64,000 nucleotides of DNA from Amphiscolops sp. MND2022. Taxonomy: Eukaryota. Each line of letters opens with the position of its first letter. Position 1 is the first letter of the stretch. Location of the stretch: positions 30,692,001 to 30,756,000 of the forward strand of contig OZ076409.1 of the NCBI GenBank assembly GCA_964187785.1, written 5' to 3'. The notes under the pieces were generated by a model. That model was not told the origin of the DNA. It worked only from the letters and a program-made list of their open reading frames with translations, and made no database searches. Below are positions 20,571 through 32,160 of this stretch, piece after piece. The position numbers and the translations under genes were made by a program.

Positions 20571-23500
20571 TTAGGATTTACTGGTGCCAGCCTGAAGGGA
20601 CTCACTAGAGGAAGAGCGATCACGACTGGACGACTGTAATCTACCACGCTTCTTACCACGTGGGAAATAAATAGTCTTGGGAGAATCCATTGGAGCAGTC
20701 TCTCGAATTTTAATTGGGGACTGGAGGTCCTGCGAGCACGAACCGGTTGGATCCAAACTCTTGTGAATCTTGGCGCTGTCAAAGAAGTCTACACTTAACC
20801 AAGGGCAATATACATCGCTGAGGGCAGTACTTCCAAAATTTGGCTCTAATGCAAGGAACTTCGAAACAGAATCATCACTAGTCGTAACTTCGACACCACG
20901 AGCCACGTTGGCATAATAAGGTTGCAACGGGCTGAACAAGATCTATCAGCTGACTGGTAGGATCTTCAGAGTCAACATTCCAGAACTTAACTCCAGGTAA
21001 TTGAGGAAAAGGCACGTCGAGACACAGGCAACTCAACTTGAAAAGTTTTTGCAAAAGTGGACGAGTCTGAAGAGACTCCTGGCCCATCAGGAAATCAACA
21101 GTATCAGCGATTAGTAGGGAAGGCTGACTAATTCCAGGGTATTGCTGACGCAAGGAATCCATAAACGTCACATACTCGTCAAGGCATTCGGATTCTTCAG
21201 TGGCATCATAGTATCCTCGTAGTCGGAAACTGCTAAAAAGCTGACAAAGACAGTAGGTCCCAAGCTCTGGAGGATCGACTAATAGGGTGCTCAAATCAAA
21301 GGGGCCCAGACCTTTGATGATATCAGCTGTAAGGCCTTTAAGACTTTGAGTCTCTCGGAACAAGTAGACGAGATAGCTGCGAGCGGAGCGAGCAAACTCT
21401 TCTCTCACTTTTGGGACGACTTCCTTGACTGGAACCCCTTCGTGCTTCTTGTCGTGTTTCTTTCTGTCGGCTCTAACCTTGCAGGCATGATCAAACTTGG
21501 GGCCGAATTTCATCCTGGATAGAAACTCTGTAATATTGAGAGCTTTTGCGTCTGCAATTGAAACATCCAGGATCTTCGTGAAACAACTATCTGCAGGAAG
21601 ATTCTTGGGATTGACACACCGTCTTCCAAGCGCCATTAAAAATTGGCAGAGTTCCCGATAGTAGTAGAACGATCGGTCGCGGCGTCCTCCAAGGCTAATT
21701 GTGAAGCTGTTCACATCTGGAAAACAAAACTATGGTTAAATCCTCACCCCATTGACAAACGGAACCACATTGAGAAAATACTACTCACAATCACGGATGA
21801 TCTTCTGAAACAATTCCAATCGCGTAGTGAACATTTCGTCGTGAATCACAGACCATTCGAGACTTTTGGGCTGGAATCAAACCAAATTATCAGATCATGA
21901 AAGTTGGACAGAAGGTCTGTCGAGCCAAACACACAAACCTGGTTGGCAACTGCGTGCATCTCATGTGGATGGGTATGGGAAGAAAGATAGGCTGTGAAAG
22001 AAGCCCAGTGGGTTTGCATCTCAAGACACAACTTTGGTAGGGTACCAACATCCAGTTTGCACGAATTGATAGCCTATACAAAAGACCTGACTAAGAATGT
22101 TATTGAAGATTTATCGGAACGATGATAAGAACTCTACGTACCTTTATGAGCTCAGGGGCGGTTAATGTCCAGTCCTGTGAAAGGCATCCGCCAAGAGAGA
22201 TGACGAGGAATTGTGGCACCGAAAAGAAATCTATCCGGCCGAATACGCTGTAGCTGGATTTGTTCATCCTGTAGCGGACAGGATGTCGAAACGGTAGGGA
22301 CTCTGAACCCCATGCTTGAAGAATTTGCACTGGTCAAGCAGGTTGACTGTCTCTGGACTGCCGCCAAAACTTGCCACGATGTCGGGACGAGTAGAAATCG
22401 CGCCGATTACTTTTGAAATCAAACTCAGCTCTGCTGTAGGCTTCCCTTACCTCAACCCGGTGCGTTTGAGGTACACTCGTACCAGCTGTCCCTTATGCCA
22501 GAATAGAATGTAAAGGCGATGGAAGACACCTGTTGTTTGGAACTCAACTGAGTAGTAGCCTGTACTGACGACTTGGTTCCCAATGTCCTCGATTATTTGA
22601 AGGAAGAGATGATGGAACAAGACCTACAACACAATTAAACTCGATAAGCAAGGAGAATCATAAGAACCAGTGTACCTAACCAAAATAAAATAAGGGGACC
22701 AGAGGTCGTTTTAGCTATAGTGAATTACCTACCGAAAGCCGTTCTTTGCCCAAGTTGAAGTCTGTAAACAGCGCTTGATGATTGACTACTACACCAATGT
22801 CCTTCCGCAGTCTGCGTAACGCCCGGATGTCTCCAAAAGTAGGAAGGTAATGTCCGAGTATAAAAATTTGGATTCTTGCCCTATTGTCAGAAGAAGAGGC
22901 CATGTGTTGTGCACCAGCCATAAACTCATGGTAAAAGGGCAGCTTTCCTCCAATGTCAACAAGTTCGGCACCGATGAAGTGAGTTAGTTCAAGCTCTCGT
23001 TGATAAGGCGTAAGAACCTCACCGTCTTTTCCTCGGACCTGATGTTGCACAGTCTTAGTGAGTTGATCAACAGTTAATAGGTGTTCATACCTCCATCTTT
23101 GGTCTTTTCTTAAGTGCTTTTCTGTCGCATAGTGACGCAAAATCTCTCGGGCCCCTTTCCCGTAGATTGACACGTTGCCCTTACAGATTTGGCAGTAGAA
23201 CTTGTATCGATTCCACTTGGGGCCAACAGGTCCTGATACGAAAGTTCTCGTCCATGCCATTCCTTCAAAGCACTCCTCTTTCATGATTCTGCATGATCTT
23301 GTCACTCTTCTTCAGGTCGTTCGAGGCTTGCTAGGGACCTTGGACTTGCGCCCTTTGGATGGTTGGTCCTTTCGTGCCTCTTCCTTCAGAGCAGCTAAAG
23401 TTTGAGCCCCTGGGCTGTCGACCAGTTGCTGTGGCGTGGAAGACGTCGGGTCCGTTTGCATTCGCTCGCACCGCTGAGGGGGATGAGTAACGTTAACTAG

Positions 23501-24930
23501 CGACGGTGATGGCCGTTCGTAACTGTAACTAATGCTGTTGGAATCATCATCAGTCCGTAACGCACCACTGGTTAAACTCCCTGCACGGTATGTCTTCCGA
23601 TCAGAATAGGTCTCAGCGTCAGATGTGGGAGCGGAAATTCCTTCAGGTACGTCTCTCTGGTCGTGTTTAATGGGGGAAAGGTTGTTCAGATTCAACCTTC
23701 TCGCTCTTTCGATGATGTCTTCCATCATTGCATACGACGCCCGGGCACTTTCATCGGCAACGACTCGTAGAATGGACTGCACCTGCTCGGAATTGAGGGC
23801 GATGGTGGGATGTCCCCTCGGAAGCTCAACGGTACTAGCTTCTTGAAAATAATGGTTAATGATAGCCCTGCTAGTGTTGCACAATTGATGATCTCCTGAG
23901 AGTTTCTCCTTTTGCCCGAAAGCTGACTCCTCAGCCTCTGAGCCAGAAGTTATATCTGGGAAGCCACCAACAGGACCTTTGGTTAGGGACAACGCCTCGG
24001 CGAGGGTAGACATAGCAGCCCCTAAAACGTTACGTCGGAATGTTGCCCAAGCTCAACCTCGTCGATCTGGCCGCTAGAACACTCAGTTTCCAAATTGGAG
24101 AGGTCGTGTTCATTACTGAGTTCATCTTTTTCCTCAATCGCAGATTTGTGGCTGGTACCTACTTGAGTATCTGGAAGATTGGTTATTACCTCGAGTTCAA
24201 TCACGACCTTGGGTTTACAAGGAGGAATTTTGCGTTTGCGAAATCGCGGATCAGCGACATAGATGTGGTCGGACTCCGAAAGAGTATCGGGAGGTAATGA
24301 GGAGTTAGGGGGATCATCATAGGTGGTGTTATTCAGCCCAGGATGAAGCTCCAAAGACTCGGCGCAACTCTCTTTCACTCCAAGTATAGTAACCTCCCGA
24401 ACATGAAGATCATAACCCTCGCCTCCAAGTTCTTCCATTCACCTAGTGAAAAAAGCCTCACAGCTTTCCTGGAAACTACTGGACTCCTATAACACTGTCT
24501 CCTTGTTAGGCTCATTAGATTGGTGGGTCGATTGTGAAGTGGTAGGTAAGTGTTGACTAGTCCCAATTAGTTCTGTCAACAGATTTTGTTCAATCTCAGA
24601 CGGATCGCAATCACCGACAACCTCTTCTCGTTGGTACTCTGCGACCAATGCTTCAGAACTATTGGATGACTTCTGATCGGGCTCATTGGACCCTGAGGTC
24701 CTTCTTAAATCCCTTTGGGGAACACTGGCAGTCTCAGGAAAGGTCAAAGTTTGCAGTCCATTGTCGGGCTCATTGGACTCAGCGGACATTTGTGTAGTTT
24801 GTGGGGTAGCATCCTGAATGGAATTCTCCTCATCAATAATTCTTCCACTTTGGGACGGTTGGCCATTTTGCTCTTTGTCTAAACGAAAAGAGATAAATTT
24901 GCGCGGTTTTATTCCTGCAAACAAATCCAT
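20571..24930 (-). pseudogene. Decayed spliced gene encoding a BED-like zinc finger plus hAT-transposase-like fold
   Basis: FYCQICK...LRHYATEKH finger; GT-AG introns at 22732-22624, 22141-22087 and 21788-21717 (the last restores QKIIRD/YVNSF); GYYSVEFQTTG..LYILFWHKGQLVRVYL and RPLLQKLFKLSCLCL resemble the hAT core and dimerisation segments; several stops and frameshifts. Confidence 0.65.
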
Positions 24931-26117
24931 CTTGCCGCAAATTCAAAACCCTTCCAGAAGTAAGTTTGAACAATATTTTATTATGAAAACATTTCACGAT
25001 GGAGGAAGTACTTTAGCTTAATCCGAACCTTGATCAAGTTTGGCTTAAGCAATTATTTAAAAAGAACCAACCTGACGTGACTTCCATGATGGAAGAACGG
25101 AAATTTCAGTCCTGAAGGAAGAAGAAGGCCTCTTAGTCCGACTGGAACACCAAGTCCGGATTAACTAGTCAGATGGCACGCCTGATGAAGGAATGGGTAC
25201 TTTGGACTGAGCCTTAGGCGATATTACTGCCACTAAAGATGATTGACTTCAGGGTACAAACTGGCTATGCCCAACTGATAATTCAACAGATTGGCAGAAT
25301 GACAATACAAATAGGATAATATACCTGAATTGAATTGTGAATTGTGATGAACTCAAGGTTCAAAGTTGGACTATGACTGACTCAAATATTTATTATGTAT
25401 TACAACTTATTCCACAGATTATTACGCCGCTTATCACCGATCTACTAGATAGAGTTTACTTAATTCTTAAGACTCATGATTATAGTGTTTAATTGGACGT
25501 CGTGGCTAATGAAACTCTTTTTCCTCCAATTACCCAATTTTGAGTTTAAAAAGAAACGATTACGCTTGAGCTTTTATGTCTTGAACCTGCCAGTGAAATT
25601 CATGAAACCGGGCTTTGTTCTATGATTGAGTATTTCAACACATTCATGACGACATTTATGATTATTCAGTTTATTTCATCATGATAGTTGCCATTTTATT
25701 TATTCGCGCATCCAAACCACCCTTATTAGCCAATCATGCGGTGAAGCTCAGAGGACCGATGGTCCTTTGATGACTGTTATATCAAGTAGATTGCTATCGT
25801 TAGTAAACAATTACGATGGTTATTAACACCGCGATGAGAGTTAAACAAACAAACAGAGTAACTCTCAAAGGCCAATTATTTCAAAGCGTTCTTCATCAAT
25901 GAATCTGCTGAGAACAAAACTCGCTTAAAATGGAAAAGTTTATAGTGAAAATAGGAAAACCGGCGGAAAACCTCCCCTTCTTAGGATTTCCCGCGACTGG
26001 GAGGAAGATCCGAGGTCTTCTGAGCAAGAAGAATCATTCAGTCAAACCCTGAGACAATAGTTCAGTTGCTTCTACTTTCTCAAAATTGCAAAGAAACTAC
26101 TCTTAGACAGATATAAA

Positions 26118-26933
26118 ATGGAGATGAATCTACAATTCGCCTTAGACGACTTGACAGCACCAGCTATCAGTCCTAGCTACTTTTCCTCGGAAGAAGACAT
26201 GGATGTTGACGTTCTATCCGTCGATGCGACGGGATATGTATCAGACGACAGCGGCATAGAAGTCATTGCATGTTATAGACAAATCCCGATTCCAACAAAT
26301 GGAGGAGTAGCGGGTCGACAAATGACAACGGAGCTGTCAGATTACGCAGATAGTGATTTTCCTGCTTTTCCTTGGGAAGACTTTGAAAACATCATGCAGT
26401 TGACCGACAGCCAGACTGATCCACTCAATAGAGGAGCAGGCCCTAGTGGCGCCGTTCAGACTGGCAGTCCACCCATCAAACTTGTGGTGAATTAACTCCT
26501 TTCGTAGACACCCCACTATCGCCACCGCCACATTAACGTGGACCGACTTGCAGTCAAAATGTGAATGGCTTGCCCATTCAAGGCTGTCAACAACTCCCAC
26601 TAAGTTCTCATATACAAGGAATAAGCGTAAGAATGGCATCGCATTGTGGACAACCAAATACAGCGTTTTATGGAGATTGCATAGTGTGTGGACGAAGCTA
26701 CGAGCAGATAAAAAAATGCAGTTTTGGACTATCTTAAAAATACTACTAATCTGCAGGAAACTTATGGCGAACAGTTGAAAAGAAGACAGGCTTATCTAGC
26801 AGGAATAGACCAAAGTACAGTACTTTTCGTCCCTAGGCGAGTGTCGCAGGCTGCCGCCTGTGACGGAAATTACTACCAAATACTGATAGAAGCGGATAAC
26901 ACTAACCCCCCACCTGGCGTACATCCTATTTGA
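26118..26933 (+). pseudogene. Decayed unknown ORF divergently oriented to the hAT-like gene
   Basis: Track ORFs 26118-26495, 26548-26778 and 26724-26933 form a broken coding-like stretch with an acidic N-terminus. Confidence 0.45.
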
Positions 26934-27216
26934 ACTTAAAAGGACTTGCAGTCCACTGAGCCACAGCAAAATTATTAACAGTACAAACAAACTTAGTTAA
27001 TATTTTGTTTTAAAATTTCATTTTGTGCCTGTATTATCAATTATTGTTGATTGATAAATAATGTGATGAGTTGATTTGGAAATCAATGTAAATGAGAAAG
27101 CAATACTAGTGATTAGTGTAAGGAAACGAGTTCAAATGTGCATTTCCTCTCGCTCAATGTACACTCAGTCCAAAGAGTATTAACCAATCACGGTGCTTCA
27201 TTTATACTTGCATTGC

Positions 27217-28357
27217 TGTCGCCGCGTGGACTTAAAGTCCACAGCGGAAACTAATCACGTGACATACATTATGCTACAATTCAATTGCGCTGTTATAGCC
27301 TAATGGACTAAATGTCTATTCTAGCAAAATATTGATGAAGCTACCGATAATCCTCTACATGCAGTGTTGCTATTATTTACAAACATGAAAATGAAATCAG
27401 TAGTTGTAAAACATTGATGTTAGATTTTGCAGACCTATTATTTAACCCGCTTTTGATGTAACCTAGACCAGTGACGTCACCATGACGAAGGGGTCAGAGG
27501 AGCTATTTTTAGATGATTGTGTTCTATATTTAACTGCATGACAAGCGTAATTATGCCTGTCAACTGTAAATAGGAGGGACGAGAAGGCAGGGGATCGATT
27601 TTGAAGATAGTTTTGATACAAACCAGTTAAACCATTATTACACTGTGAAAGTTGATTTGCTTTGTATTACACTGTGAATTGATTGTTGATTGAACATATT
27701 CTCTAATGCCTTCAACGAGAAAGCAAAAGGCAAGAGAACGTCGATCTAGACAATTAGACCTGATGTCCGATGTTGAGAATGTAGATATTATGTTAGGGAG
27801 CTATTCAAGGGATGAGAATGGAAATGATGAAAGCGAAAATGAAGTAAAATTAGACTCTGGGTCGAGTAGACTACAACAAAATTCAAATCTAGTCGGGAAA
27901 GATTTCAGGTCTTTACTTAACACCAATAGTAGGGAGAATAGTGAAGTTGCATTTGAAACCACAAGAATGATTAGCGAAGAAATTTCAAACCAAGTGTCAA
28001 GGAATTTAAACGAAATCAAAACTAGCATGAACTACCAAATACAAGATGCAATTAACAATGCAATTACTGAAAAGGTGCTTCCTTCAATCCAAAAGTCTTC
28101 AATCCACGCTAGAAAGGCAGTGGAGAGCAGGTTTGACTATCGTGGACCGAGGGTCCAATGAGCTACATCCCAGCTTCGGGACAGTAAATTCTAACACGGA
28201 AGACCTAAAGTCTAGTGAGGGACACCGGAACCCCAAAGTTGAAATGTGTTAAGAGCTTGGGAAAAGCGTTCTAAAACGTTTCCGAACCACCTGAATTGTA
28301 AACAAAGGTCTAGAGACAGTTCAGTAGAATCATACGACGGTGAACAAAACCACGACA
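27217..28357 (+). mobile_element. LTR-like unit (~1.14 kb) containing the start of a gag-like coiled-coil ORF (27706-28161)
   Basis: TGTCG...CGACA inverted ends; GTGGACT-TAA-AGTCCAC hairpin near the 5' end; ORF MPSTRKQKARERRSRQ... with helical heptads. No TSD seen. Confidence 0.5.
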
Positions 28358-29019
28358 ACACCTGTTTTGGCACTTGATAATTATTGGGTTGAGTTAAGAG
28401 AAAACATTCAGAAATGAAATGTGTGTAACTTTTGATTATCTACAAGTTTAGTTTCTGATGTTTTTCATTAAAATTATTTCCTGTTGAGAAATTGAGTAAA
28501 TTATGTTTTCCCTTGTATTAACATTAGGTATAATTCACAAGAACTAGAACAACTTCATTCTCAACGGTTGCAAAAAAGAGCCAATAATTTGTCAGTGAGA
28601 AAAGATTTTACCAAAATTTTTGCCAGGAAAAATATTTTTGCCAAAATTTTTGCCAGGCTGGCTCGAATTCTGGCAAATTTCCTTTGATGTTTCTTTCATC
28701 TTTCTCACGTGTGAAATGTCAATTTGTCTGCACTGCACACTTCACTGCAAAAATGAATTGAATTGCACATGTTACACTTTTCATTTCCATTTTCTATACG
28801 CGAAGTGCCTTCGGTACGCGTTCGAAATGCAATCTTGCATTACACCTAATAATACTATAGAGGTTAGTGAATTTTTCTTTTTGACAAATTTTTCCACTGG
28901 AAAAATTTGTTATTTGATTTTTATTTTGTTAATTTTTTAAAAGTGAAAAAACGCTATTTTTAAAGGATTTGCCTTGAAAAAATTCCTAATTTGATAACTG
29001 GTTATATCAGGAACGGGAT

Positions 29020-31850
29020 TTCTTGTACTACTAACATGGGTAACTAAAGGTTTTGATGGTATCATCAGCAAACTGTTCAGATATTAAACAACGACCGATG
29101 TTCAAACTACAGTCATGAAGACCCATTCGGACTGATTTGTAAGGGTTATCAGGGAGCAATTCAGAAAATTTCCGAGTAGTTGTTGAGTTTTATCAAATTG
29201 TTTAGGGAAAAACCACGAATCCAAAAGACGTTGAGCTCCTTTTGAGAAAAGTTTCCTGCCTCTTGATTAGTGAAAGTGTTTGAGTTATTAGCAGTTAGGA
29301 TTGTTTCACTTCAAAAAGTTGTTGATGGAAGTTTCTCATTAGGTCCAGGAGTGAAAACACGTCGGTCAGTGTCTGGTTCAGGAACGATTACCATTTTGAA
29401 ACTTCTTTGCTCACAGAAATTAATTGGCGTATTCAAAAGTTTGTCGGGTAAAAGTATGAACATATACAACAGTGTCAAGATAATACACAGGCATTCCATC
29501 ATAACCTTGTTCAGCCACGTATAATGGAGAAGGATGAAGGCCATCAAAAAATCTGGCAGTGGTGACTTGTACATTAGAAATTATTACAATTTTGAGCGAG
29601 AAGAAAATCAGCTTATTGTTAATTTTTACCAGACAGGACGAGTTTTGTTAAGAATTCAGTTCTTTCGACAGCGCAGGTTTTCTGTATGGCATTGAGTTCA
29701 GCGAAAATCATCCTTATGGTCTAATGAAGTGTATGTAACAGTATTACCTTTATCTTGAAATCCAAGTGTCAATTGGTTGTTTTCCTAATCAACAAGAATC
29801 GGATGGTAATAAATTTTGAGTAATAAAAACTTCCTCATGTTTTACTAAATAGTTAACTTATTTTATTAGTTTTACTGAGATTTCTGTAGTTGGATGAATT
29901 TAACTTGTTGTGTTAACGTTGTATGTTAAAGTTGGCAAGGTTTGCTTGTAATAAATGAGAATATTCGACTAAGCATGTTTGCAACGGTAGAATTGGTACC
30001 AACAGTATGTGTAATCCGAAGTTTTGAGGTTTTGGTTCATAGCGTTTGACCTTTATATTGTCGAGGAGTGTTTTTGCCTTATCTAGTGAGACGAAGAAAA
30101 CTGGATTTCGGTCGGGGATTACGTTATTGGTAGTTTTGAACCAGAAATTATAAATCCATAATTGGTGAAAACAAAAGTAATACCGCAAAGTTCGAGGTCA
30201 GATTTTGAACGTTTTGGTTCCCGAGTGTTGAAAATACCGGACTTTTAAGAAGTAACTTGCTTTTTGTTGGTCGAGTTAGGTTGAAACAAATTTGCATCAA
30301 AAAAGAATAAAGAGGCGTCTATTGTGATATAGAAATGGTGGGAAGTGTAGGGGAAAGCAAGTTCAGCAGTCTTCGAAAACGAAATTTCACTTTCGCTGAA
30401 GTGTTTTTCTAGTTGAAAATCATTGAATCAAGGAATCTCTATAATTCAGTTCTTCACGTTGGTTTTTTTTATAAATTAATTCTCTCTACTACTGAGGATA
30501 TTGCTTCAATAGTGTTTTCGTCATTTTCGTTTTCTTAATTTCAACAGTGAGGAGGATGTATAATATTTTCCAGGAGCATTCTAGGGTTAAAAGTACTACT
30601 TTAGATGTTTCTAGAACTGTAGTTGTTTCAAACGGTTCGGTTTTTGAGGTTTAGTAAAAGCTGAAATGAGTTTATTGTCAAAACAGACGCATGCAAAACT
30701 TGGTCAATAAGGTTTGAAAAAGGTTCGTCACGATCTGAAAGCTTGTGAGTGTAACTTTTTCTTCAACAAAGAAGCATGCTCATACACATACTTGGCAGAT
30801 TTGAAGTTTTTGTTAGCTCTAGCTAGTTGAGAGACTAAGGTTTCTATTGGTCAGTATTGAAAAGCTTGATCATTGTTAGAATTTAAGTGTGTAGCATCAA
30901 GAACTACTCAAAGTATATCTCTTTCCGGGATAATGATTAGCGAAAATGACAATGTGGTCGCGTAGGTGCGTAGGTGGGTTTGTCTAAAAGAATGGAGCAA
31001 ACATGTCAAATAATATTGTTATTCGTGTTCATCGAGGACCATTTTAAACGTTTTGATATACTCTATATACACAATTGATGTGTGTTGTTGCCTTTGGCGT
31101 TTAGCAGTAGGTTTAGAACGGCTTCAGAACCACGGGTAGGAGGTTTGGATTCGGAGAGATTTGGATAAATTGAGTGGCCGATTGAAAGAACTGGAGTGTT
31201 AGCATTGTTAAGTTGATAGTGTGGGGTTTATTGTTTGTAGCAGGTACTTTAATATGATTGATGTAACCTTGTTGGGTTGCAGAGCGATGGGTTAAGCTTT
31301 GAAGTAAAATTGAACAACTATTGGGTTCAGGTTTGAAGGTTTGATAACCTCGAAGAAAGTTGAACCGAGCGTTTTAGGTGTGTTTTGCAATATCGAAATA
31401 GAGGTAATAGGAAGAAAACTTGGTTTCTGATTTGTGAAAAGTTAATGGTGAGCTTGAGTAGTGACGTGGACAACCTGTGATGCCATTGGCCCAAGACAGT
31501 TTTTCAGCATCTTTTATGGTTTTTTCCTAATGAGAAATAATTTATAGAGTCATAATGTTAATTTCAGGACGTTTGTTGAAGGTAAGGACATGTTTTCGAT
31601 ATAGATGAATCAACATTTTGTTCGAAAAAGGAGTTGCAAGAATAGTATTGTTCATATTTGCTAAGGCGGAGGGAATATTTAGAGTTCTAGTGTTTTTATG
31701 AATGGAAGGGTGAAATGTGAGAGTGACATGAATAAACTTGGTACTTCGGACATGTTAGCAACTGTTAACGTTTTAAAATTAGTTTTGGATGCTAGTTGAA
31801 AATTTGTGAGGAAATGATCCACTAAGATCGTTCAGGGGGTATGTTGTGGA
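29020..31850 (-). mobile_element. Second degenerate, internally deleted relative of the env-bearing element
   Basis: 29100-30420 aligns by eye with 17230-18560 (env C-half joined to a pol piece); G-rich plus strand continues to ~31.8 kb. Confidence 0.8.
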
Positions 31851-31904
31851 CTGAGTGTAGCGTACAAGCTAGTAGCGTATAACCTAGAACTGAGACAATG
31901 CCTA

Positions 31905-32160
31905 GATTTGCAGGGTGGCACATGCGAAATATGCAAACTTCCTGAATTTCCTCATCTCTCGGGCCATTGTTCGGGTTCTGCTGTAAAATGGGACGTCTGC
32001 CGAGTGGCATGACACTACGCGATGACTACGGAGATATCTCTATGGGTGGTCTCTCTCGGTCTGGGTGGGGTTGTTTTGCACTCGTTTTTTGAGTTCCTTT
32101 TCGTCTTTCAGTATCTGCTGGGTCGGCCAATTTGATTTTGTACATTTTCTGATATCGCAC
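31905..32160 (+). repeat. Dispersed ~250-bp repeat, copy 1
   Basis: GGTGGCACATGC.AAATATGCAAA...GGACGTCTGCCGAGTGG...GGGTGGGGTTGTTTTGCACTCG...GATATCGCA also occurs at 36159-36410. Confidence 0.9.
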
